Source: Candidatus Latescibacterota bacterium (GTDB lineage: Bacteria; Latescibacterota; UBA2968). Taken from it: 28,724 nt of DNA. How positions within the stretch are numbered: the first letter of the stretch is position 1; every line of letters begins with the position of its first letter. The stretch spans positions 93,475 through 122,198 of the forward strand of contig JAYODI010000009.1 in the NCBI GenBank assembly GCA_038279365.1. Reading direction: 5' to 3'. Positions 19,824 to 26,812 of the stretch are shown piece after piece. The notes under the pieces are model-generated. The model saw only the letters and a list, made by a program, of their open reading frames with translations, was not told the origin of the DNA and ran no database searches. Position numbers and translations under genes: made by a program.

Positions 19824-20504
19824 ATGCGCTATCTGACAGCAACCTTGCTTTTAACAAGTCTTTTGATTGGGCCAGCACCCGCCCAAGACAAATCGCCCAA
19901 AACCGCTTTTTTTCTTTCACTCTTGGTTCCAGGTTTGGGTGAGCTTTATTCGGGTGCCAAATGGCGTGCCGCTGGTTTTATGGCCTCCGAAGGTCTCACG
20001 TGGATGGCCTACTATTCTTGGCGCAACAAAGGCAATGACCTCAAAGCCGACTTTCGCCTCTTTGCCGATCAACACTGGAACGAATCGCGCTACCACGCTT
20101 GGCAAGCTTATAATCGGGCACAACCCGAGTCTCAACAATATTATGAAACCGAACACCTGCCTGACAAAGCAACCGACACACAGCAATATTATGAGCTCAT
20201 AGGCAAATATGCACAGTTCATCTTCGGTTGGGACGATGTCACAGTGCCCTTTACCACAGCCAATATGAGCGTTCATTCAGACTTACAACAAGACTATGAA
20301 GGCCAGCGCAACCACAGCAACAAATACCTCAAACGCGCGTCAACGGTTGTAGGCGTGGCTGTGCTTAATCGCATTGCCAGTGCCATTCATGCATCGGCTT
20401 ATACACGTATCCACAACACATCATCCAACACATCTGTTTGGCTGGACGTCACGCCCATAGATTGGCAAGGACGCAGTGTTATCGAATTAAAAAAAGCATT
20501 TTAA
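19824..20504 (+). CDS. Exported/membrane hypothetical protein (DUF5683-like 'SLLVPGLGELY' family), paralog 1
   Basis: Signal peptide; KSPKTAFFLSLLVPGLGELY; QQYYELIGKY; LNRIASAIHA. Confidence 0.75.
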   Translation: MRYLTATLLLTSLLIGPAPAQDKSPKTAFFLSLLVPGLGELYSGAKWRAAGFMASEGLTWMAYYSWRNKGNDLKADFRLFADQHWNESRYHAWQAYNRAQPESQQYYETEHLPDKATDTQQYYELIGKYAQFIFGWDDVTVPFTTANMSVHSDLQQDYEGQRNHSNKYLKRASTVVGVAVLNRIASAIHASAYTRIHNTSSNTSVWLDVTPIDWQGRSVIELKKAF

Positions 20505-20562
20505 CGACCCAAAAGGCCCGTAAACCTATCCCCCAACGACATCACGCTTGGATGATTTTAGA

Positions 20563-21207
20563 ATGCGACTGACATCGTTCACAAAAACAATACGCCACAC
20601 AACAATCGCACTTTTGGTTGGTGTTTTTCTTGTGCCCTCTCTCTCGTTTGCACAAGCCAAATCACCTAAAAAAGCTGCATTTTTATCTGTTCTCCTACCA
20701 GGTTTGGGTGAATTATATGCCGGTGGCAAAAAGTCATCGCGTTTTTTCTTTTTTACCGAAGGGCTTTTTTGGACGGGGCTCGTTGGTTTTAAAAAATTAA
20801 ATCGGGCACGCATCAACACCTTTGAAGCCTATGCCGCAGCTCATGCAGGCACCAATCTAAAAGGCCGACAAAACTCACACTTAGACCGTGTGGCCAACTA
20901 CAAAAGCATCTACGATTACAACACCCGTGTGATATTTGTGGAGGGTGAATTTGCCACCCCACTTCCTGAAACACCTGAAAACACGTGGGAATGGGATTCT
21001 GTTGCTTCTCGAAATCAGTTTATAGATCTGCGCAGCAAAGCAACTTGGGCGCGTACCCGCAGTTTTCTTTTTGTTGGCGCACTCCTTTTTAATCGCTTTG
21101 CAAGTGCCTTCAATGCCGCACACATTGCGCACAACACCTTACCAACAGCGTCCATTTCTCCCACGCCTCAAGGTGATCTCCACGTGCAACTGTCCATCCA
21201 ATTCTAA
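20563..21207 (+). CDS. Exported/membrane hypothetical protein (DUF5683-like), paralog 2
   Basis: Signal peptide; KSPKKAAFLSVLLPGLGELY; WEWDS; FNRFASAFNAA. ATG 20563 is preferred over the track's TTG 20548. Confidence 0.75.
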   Translation: MRLTSFTKTIRHTTIALLVGVFLVPSLSFAQAKSPKKAAFLSVLLPGLGELYAGGKKSSRFFFFTEGLFWTGLVGFKKLNRARINTFEAYAAAHAGTNLKGRQNSHLDRVANYKSIYDYNTRVIFVEGEFATPLPETPENTWEWDSVASRNQFIDLRSKATWARTRSFLFVGALLFNRFASAFNAAHIAHNTLPTASISPTPQGDLHVQLSIQF

Positions 21208-21210
21208 GCC

Positions 21211-22737
21211 ATGAACACCCTGCCATACCTTCTGCACAACACACTATCCAAATATGTGATCGCGTTAATCGTTTGCCTATTTGCTTCCATAAGTTTGTGC
21301 CCACACGCTTACGCAGAACCCATCCCGATAAGTGGCACCCATCTTATTCCTCGTTCAAATGTCACCTCTCATCCTGCCACCAAAACCCAAATCGTCTCCC
21401 CCTTTAAAGTGGGCGATGCCCTCACCATCCCCGCATTCAGCTTTCAAATTGTAGGGGGGCATTATCAAACCACGGTCACGTGTCGGCTTGTGAGTGACAA
21501 CTGTTATATCTTTGTTGAAAACGACATCTGGAACACCCGCGTCTCCCAAACAGACATTGCCTCCCTTGCACAAGCCTTTGACCAGTCCACACCCAGCGAT
21601 CCCACACGCGGCATCTTTGATATTGAAACCCAACTCTTTGGCGACCCACCCAATGTAGACGGCGACCCACGCATACTCATTGCCATCATTGACGTGCTCG
21701 ACAGCCCCATTTTGGGCTTCACGATCACGGGTTATTTTGACGTGGCCAACCAAGCCTCACCTGTCTCGCGCGAAATTGTCTATATCGACGCCAACCCACT
21801 CAACATCAACAGCACCTTGGCACGTGCCACACTTGCCCACGAGTTTCAACACATGCTGCACTGGAAAGCGGACCCCAACGAAGCCAAATGGCTCGACGAA
21901 GGCTGCTCAGAATATGCCGAACTGGCCTGTGGATATAAAGACACAACTGCAAGCGAAATGGCCAACTTCCTCTCACTGGCCACCAACACAGACCTCACCG
22001 AGTGGGAAGACCAATCTTGGGATTTTGACCAAGCCTATTTGTGGACAAGCTACTTTGTTCAAACCTACGGTCAATCGGCCCTGCGCACACTCATAGCCGA
22101 CACAACCAACAGCATCCAATCGGTCAACAACACCCTCCAAAAACTCAACAAACCCGAGCGTTTTGATCACCTCTTTGGCCAATGGGCCTCAGCCGTTTAT
22201 CGCAACGATTACACCGGCATAACACTTAGCGCCGTTAAAAGTGACACACTGACTGTGCCAACACCCAACACTGGGCGCATTGCAAGCCTTTGGGGCGTCG
22301 ATTACCTCACCTTGGGCACCACCACCAACCTCGCCCTTACCATTCAACCAAACGGTGACAACGATGTTCTGGTCACCCTTATACACGCCGATCCCACACA
22401 ACCCTTATCTGCACCACTCACCGTTTCATCTGGACAAACACGCCGCATTCACACCTATGGCACTGCCAACCGCGCCTTGGCCATCACCACCACATCGGGC
22501 ACCGCACGCGGTTATACCCTCTCTGTTGCCACACTCACCGATGGTCAAACCCCAACCGCATCTGATTTTGATGCCAATGGCGAAGTCGGTTTCTCAGACT
22601 TTATCGCATTTGTCAGTGGCTTTGGCAAAAACGCAGGCGACGTTGGTTTTAACCCCACATATGATCTCAACAACGATTACAAAGTCGCTTTTGCCGACTT
22701 CCTCATCTTTGCGCAAAACTTTGGGCGCAAACCTTAA
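21211..22737 (+). CDS. M30 (hyicolysin)-like zinc metallopeptidase with C-terminal double EF-hand/dockerin-like domain
   Basis: FG.PPNVDGDPRI, GYF, LAHEFQHM, WLDEG.SEYA; DFDANGEVGFSDF...DLNNDYKVAFADF. Confidence 0.8.
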   Translation: MNTLPYLLHNTLSKYVIALIVCLFASISLCPHAYAEPIPISGTHLIPRSNVTSHPATKTQIVSPFKVGDALTIPAFSFQIVGGHYQTTVTCRLVSDNCYIFVENDIWNTRVSQTDIASLAQAFDQSTPSDPTRGIFDIETQLFGDPPNVDGDPRILIAIIDVLDSPILGFTITGYFDVANQASPVSREIVYIDANPLNINSTLARATLAHEFQHMLHWKADPNEAKWLDEGCSEYAELACGYKDTTASEMANFLSLATNTDLTEWEDQSWDFDQAYLWTSYFVQTYGQSALRTLIADTTNSIQSVNNTLQKLNKPERFDHLFGQWASAVYRNDYTGITLSAVKSDTLTVPTPNTGRIASLWGVDYLTLGTTTNLALTIQPNGDNDVLVTLIHADPTQPLSAPLTVSSGQTRRIHTYGTANRALAITTTSGTARGYTLSVATLTDGQTPTASDFDANGEVGFSDFIAFVSGFGKNAGDVGFNPTYDLNNDYKVAFADFLIFAQNFGRKP

Positions 22738-22800
22738 ATACCTCAACTGAGAGATCGCAAAAAATACATCAGAAACCCAAACCGACTGAATAAGCAGAAA

Positions 22801-22835
22801 ATAAAAAAACGCGGAACTAATCCCGCGTTTTTTAT
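22801..22835. terminator. Bidirectional intrinsic terminator
   Basis: AAAAAACGCGG-loop-CCGCGTTTTTT downstream of the plus-strand cluster. Confidence 0.8.
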
Positions 22836-22844
22836 TGCCCAATA

Positions 22845-22940
22845 TTATATCAAACCTTTAAACCGCTCTTCATCAATACCCGCTTGTCGCAACATCTCAT
22901 AAAACAGCCATCTTGGAATATCTCGCTCATGTTTATGGCT
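22845..22940 (-). pseudogene. 3' remnant of a HicA-family toxin gene
   Basis: Minus frame HKHERDIPRWLFYEMLRQAGIDEERFKGLI* resembles the HicA C-terminus. An in-frame TAA lies about 9 codons upstream and there is no GSH motif. Confidence 0.6.
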
Positions 22941-23145
22941 TATACATACGCACAAAAAATAGTACCATTAATGTGAAAAACTGGTAATGGATATAACAAA
23001 AGTTAGGCTGATCGTTTTGTAGCTGAAAAAATACCTGCGTAGGAGAACTTCTGTTCCTTGGTTATGCATATTGCAAAATTATGAAAGGTTGACGATATTA
23101 CCTTTAAGAACACTCTATATTTCATTCACCAACGGCAGGTAAAAG

Positions 23146-23427
23146 ATGGACTTACAGACACAACTATTACTTGAAAAAGCTGCAAGCCTCTTAAAAAAAG
23201 CAGGTGCCCGCGATGTTTTTGTATTTGGTTCTGTCACAAAAAATGCATTTACCGAAACATCAGATATTGACATAGCGGTCTCAGGACTGCCTGCCCAAGT
23301 CTTCTTTCGTTTACTGGGACAAATTGAAGATATCTTGAGACGCCCCGTTGACCTAATCGATTTGGATGAACAAACCCCGTTTACGAAATATTTACAAGAA
23401 GAAGGGGAACTCCAGCGTGTCGGATAG
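23146..23427 (+). CDS. Minimal nucleotidyltransferase (MNT/MntA-like antitoxin)
   Basis: FGS-X10-DID (GS VTKNAFTETS DID), RPVDLI; 93 aa. Confidence 0.9.
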   Translation: MDLQTQLLLEKAASLLKKAGARDVFVFGSVTKNAFTETSDIDIAVSGLPAQVFFRLLGQIEDILRRPVDLIDLDEQTPFTKYLQEEGELQRVG

Positions 23428-23875
23428 ATTAAAAAGACAAGTCAATGTAGAGTTGGAACAACTGAACCAACTCATAAATACTTATCGAGCGTTATTAGAG
23501 CATCCGGCACAAACGTCGCCCAACAATATTGAACTGGCCGCATTGGCCACCATGTTACACGGATTTTACACAGGCGTTGAAAACATATTCAAACGCATTG
23601 TCGTCGAATTGGGTGACACACTTCCATCAAGTGAATTTTGGCACCGCGATCTCCTGGATCAAATGACCCAAATAACTGAACACCGCCAAACGGTTATCAC
23701 ACCTCCATTGCGTAGCCAGCTTCGAGAATATCTTGGATTTCGTCACGTCTTTCGCCAGGCTTACGCCTTCCAGCTCAAATGGGAGAAAATGGCTGACCTG
23801 GTGCAAAAAATTGAACCGACATTGAGAATGTTAGAAACCGAACTGGCAGTTTTTTTGCAATCACTTAAATCTTGA
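23417..23875 (+). CDS. HEPN-domain toxin (HepT-like ribonuclease)
   Basis: LHGFYTGVENIF, WHRDLL, FRHVFRQAY; GTG start overlapping the MNT stop, with GAAGGGG RBS. Confidence 0.85.
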   Translation: MSDRLKRQVNVELEQLNQLINTYRALLEHPAQTSPNNIELAALATMLHGFYTGVENIFKRIVVELGDTLPSSEFWHRDLLDQMTQITEHRQTVITPPLRSQLREYLGFRHVFRQAYAFQLKWEKMADLVQKIEPTLRMLETELAVFLQSLKS

Positions 23876-23973
23876 AATATCATTCATATCGCAACGCATC
23901 CACCGGATTGTCACGCCTGATATCCCACCATCAACAATACAGTAACAAACGCTACCCCACCACTCAACACAGC

Positions 23974-24651
23974 CTATCCATTCACTTCATCCTTCACAAC
24001 TTCACCGTCTAACAAATGCACCACGCGCTTGCTGTAGCTGGCACATTGTTCTGAGTGCGTCACTTGCACAATTGTTGTGCCGGTGGTGTGTAACTGCGTA
24101 AACAATTCCATCACCTGTTCGCCCTGTTTGGAATTGAGATTGCCCGTGGGTTCATCGGCCAAAATCACACGCGGTTTAATAATCACCGCACGTGCCACAC
24201 CCACGCGCTGTTGTTCACCACCAGACAATTGGTGGGGAAACAAATCTTTCTTCGGCATCAAATCAAATGCTTCCAACATCGCGTCCACCATCTCTTTACG
24301 CTCACTACCCGTCACCTTTTTATATAACAAAGGTGTCTCAATATTTTCAAACACCGTCAACTCATCAATCAAGTGATAGCTTTGAAACACAAAACCAATA
24401 TTGTTTTTATGAAATTCAGAACGTTTGTTTTCACGCATCTTATGAATGGCTTCACCATCAAACAAATATTCACCTTTATTCGATGAATCCAACATCCCCA
24501 TAATATGCAACAGCGTCGATTTACCAGACCCCGAAGGCCCCATAATAGAAACAAACTCACCCGATCCAATTTCCAAATTGATCCCCCGCAAAACAAATGT
24601 CTTCACAAACGTTGACGAATACCACTTTTGGATGCCAGTCATCTGTATCAT
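23974..24651 (-). CDS. ABC transporter ATP-binding protein (MacB/LolD-like), no adjacent permease
   Basis: [48 protein letters not shown]. Confidence 0.93.
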   Translation of the reverse strand: MIQMTGIQKWYSSTFVKTFVLRGINLEIGSGEFVSIMGPSGSGKSTLLHIMGMLDSSNKGEYLFDGEAIHKMRENKRSEFHKNNIGFVFQSYHLIDELTVFENIETPLLYKKVTGSERKEMVDAMLEAFDLMPKKDLFPHQLSGGEQQRVGVARAVIIKPRVILADEPTGNLNSKQGEQVMELFTQLHTTGTTIVQVTHSEQCASYSKRVVHLLDGEVVKDEVNG

Positions 24652-24731
24652 TTATAACCTCCCTTATCCGCAAACAAAAAACCGATACAATTGCCAATAC
24701 GATTTCAGAATATATCCGTTTCTCAGTAGAC

Positions 24732-24746
24732 GCAACAAATATGCCA
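24732..24746 (-). promoter_or_regulatory. Putative sigma54 (-24/-12) promoter
   Basis: TGGCAT-ATTTG-TTGC(G): GG-N10-GC spacing is exact, about 80 nt upstream of the ATPase start. Confidence 0.7.
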
Positions 24747-24810
24747 AAAACCTTGTACCATTGTTTTACAATAATTTATTCGAATCTTATCAAATCAAAC
24801 CCATTTATAA

Positions 24811-24851
24811 AGTGTCCGATATTGATACACCAGTGTCCGAAAATGAACACT
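24811..24851. promoter_or_regulatory. Tandem pseudo-palindromic sites, probable enhancer-binding-protein UAS
   Basis: AGTGTCCGATATTGATACAC and AGTGTCCGAAAATGAACACT start 21 bp apart, about 90-130 bp upstream of the predicted sigma54 start site. Confidence 0.65.
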
Positions 24852-24922
24852 ACCCCCAGAATATGTTTCCATAAACACCATTTTATTAATATTGCAATCA
24901 ATATAAAATAAATCACCTTCGT

Positions 24923-25813
24923 TTATTTCGTTGGCACCATCACCCGCAATGCTTTTGGCACAACCTCAATTATCGCGGGCGTTTGGCACACGGGTTCCCC
25001 ATCGGCAAAAACCCAAAGCGATTCTTTTGAGGCAATAGAAAGGGTTTGTGTTGCTTCAACACGCACCAACGGTGATCTAACGTGGTGACCAGAAAATGCT
25101 CTGGCAAACAAACGCAAAGCCATCCACTTAGACATTTCAGGCACCAAACACACATCCAATTGTCCACTGTCGGCAACCGCACTTGGCACCACCTGAATGC
25201 CACTGCCATAAAACGCCGTATTGCCTGTGGCCGCAATAAAAATGCGCCCATCAAAACTGCCAAAATCACCTGTTAGCGTCACGTGTGGGCATCGAAAAGG
25301 GCCTAAACACGTCAACATCGCCAGAGTATAAGCCAACGGCCCAGAAAATGGTACACGGTTTTCATACACCGTTTTTGCCACCACCGTATCAAACCCCAAA
25401 CTCGCCACCGTGCAAAAATACCGCTCACCAATGCGGCCCAAATCAATCACGCGTTCTGTTCCATTTACCAACGTGTCCACAATCCCACTCACACTGTTTG
25501 GCACTCTGAGCGCACGCGCAAAATCATTGCCACGCCCACACGGCACCAAGCCCACAACAACCTCCGCGCCCACCAGCGCATTCACAACCTCATGAACCGT
25601 ACCATCACCCCCACAAATCGCAACCTGTCTCGCCCCACCATCTACTGCCATTTGTGCCAACCGCGCACCATCGCCACGCGCCTGAGTCAACAGCACCTCA
25701 ACATCCAAACCCCGTGAACGCAATTGGGACGCAACGTAATCGCTTACACGTTGGCCACGCCCACCACCAGAAGTTGGGTTGGCAATCACAAACCAATGAT
25801 TGGACATTGTCAC
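24923..25813 (-). CDS. Diacylglycerol-kinase family lipid kinase (YegS/Rv2252/BmrU)
   Basis: NPTSGGG, CGGDGTVHEV, PCGRGNDFARAL, GFD, YGSG and ADGE motifs. Confidence 0.92.
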   Translation of the reverse strand: MTMSNHWFVIANPTSGGGRGQRVSDYVASQLRSRGLDVEVLLTQARGDGARLAQMAVDGGARQVAICGGDGTVHEVVNALVGAEVVVGLVPCGRGNDFARALRVPNSVSGIVDTLVNGTERVIDLGRIGERYFCTVASLGFDTVVAKTVYENRVPFSGPLAYTLAMLTCLGPFRCPHVTLTGDFGSFDGRIFIAATGNTAFYGSGIQVVPSAVADSGQLDVCLVPEMSKWMALRLFARAFSGHHVRSPLVRVEATQTLSIASKESLWVFADGEPVCQTPAIIEVVPKALRVMVPTK

Positions 25814-25821
25814 ACCCTACG

Positions 25822-25849
25822 AAAAAGCGACAGGATAAATCCTGCCGCT
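25822..25849 (-). terminator. Terminator-like hairpin between the SDR and kinase genes
   Basis: AGCGGCAGGA-TTTA-TCCTGTCGCT followed by TTTT on the minus strand. Confidence 0.55.
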
Positions 25850-25889
25850 AAAAAATCACATTCCATTCAATATAGAGTAACCAATAACC

Positions 25890-26693
25890 CTATTTATCCT
25901 GATCCTTCACCTTCCCCTTAACCAACCACGCTACTATCTTGGGGTTGATCAAATTGAGCCACGGCAAAGCTCTCAATTTCCACGGAATCACCAACTCGCG
26001 CTTGCGTTTTTTCATCGCTTTCAAAATGGCCACGCTACAGTCTTCTAACGTGATCGACTCTTTGCTGTGTTTGCGCGACGACGCACCCAACGCTTCACCG
26101 TCTTTGCCAAATGCACTTTGTCGCAAATCGGTGCCACGCAACCAATGGGGCAACACCGTCAAAATATCCACACCCGACCCATCCAACTCCATTCGTAACG
26201 CTTCAAAAAAGCCCAACACGGCGTGTTTAGAAGCCACATACCCCGTGTGCAATGGCACTCCTATTTTTCCCTGAATAGACGAAATCGCCACAATCATCCC
26301 ACCCGTTTTTTTCAACTCGGGCAACACCGCGTGAACCCCATTCACCACACCCAAATAATTCGTCTCCATGAGCTTGCCAAACACAGACACATCTTCAATT
26401 TCTTCAAAACGCGCCCACATGCTAATGCCCGCATTGGCCATCAAATAATCCACCCGCCCAAATTCAGAAACCGTTTCGGCAACCAATCGCTTGCAATCAT
26501 CCACCACGGTCACATCACCCACCACCGTAATCACACGCACACCCAAAGACCGACATTGCTCTGCCGTGGCCACCAGTTTCTCCTCGCGCCGTGCAAACAA
26601 GGCCAAATGCACACCCGCCTTAGCCAATTCCTGCGCCAACACCGCACCCAACCCCGACGACGCGCCTGTAACAATTGCGACTTTATCTTGCAA
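25890..26693 (-). CDS. Classical SDR oxidoreductase, DHRS7/DHRS7B-like, probably NADP(H)-dependent
   Basis: TGASSGLG, FARR (basic residue after beta2), NAG, IVAISSIQGK, catalytic YVASK; TTG start with GGAGG RBS. Confidence 0.9.
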   Translation of the reverse strand: MQDKVAIVTGASSGLGAVLAQELAKAGVHLALFARREEKLVATAEQCRSLGVRVITVVGDVTVVDDCKRLVAETVSEFGRVDYLMANAGISMWARFEEIEDVSVFGKLMETNYLGVVNGVHAVLPELKKTGGMIVAISSIQGKIGVPLHTGYVASKHAVLGFFEALRMELDGSGVDILTVLPHWLRGTDLRQSAFGKDGEALGASSRKHSKESITLEDCSVAILKAMKKRKRELVIPWKLRALPWLNLINPKIVAWLVKGKVKDQDK

Positions 26694-26725
26694 CCAAATA
26701 CCTCCACGAACTACAGAAAAACACA

Positions 26726-26806
26726 GTCACACGTCTCAAGTCTGCAAGTCCCAAGTCAAAACCCCTTTTGACCTAAACTTGTGACCTGCAACCAGTGACC
26801 TGCAAC
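26726..26806. repeat. Palindromic heptamer repeat element, copy 2
   Basis: GTCACACGTCTCAAGTCTGCAAGTCCCAAGTCAAAA-CCCC-TTTTGACCT...GTGACCTGCAA x2; shares GTCACACGTC, TCTCAAGTC and GTCAAAA/TTTGAC with copy 1. Confidence 0.7.
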
Positions 26807-26812
26807 AGTCTT

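Noticed and set aside
23366-23416. Upstream extension of the HEPN ORF
   Set aside because: It would overlap MNT by 62 bp; GTG 23417 has an RBS and the typical short overlap.
24785-24808. IHF site between the UAS and the sigma54 promoter
   Set aside because: AATCAA is present but the spacing to TTR does not fit WATCAANNNNTTR.
24446-24911. Plus-strand ORFs of 142 and 104 aa
   Set aside because: Antisense to the ATPase and running through its AT-rich promoter; no motifs.
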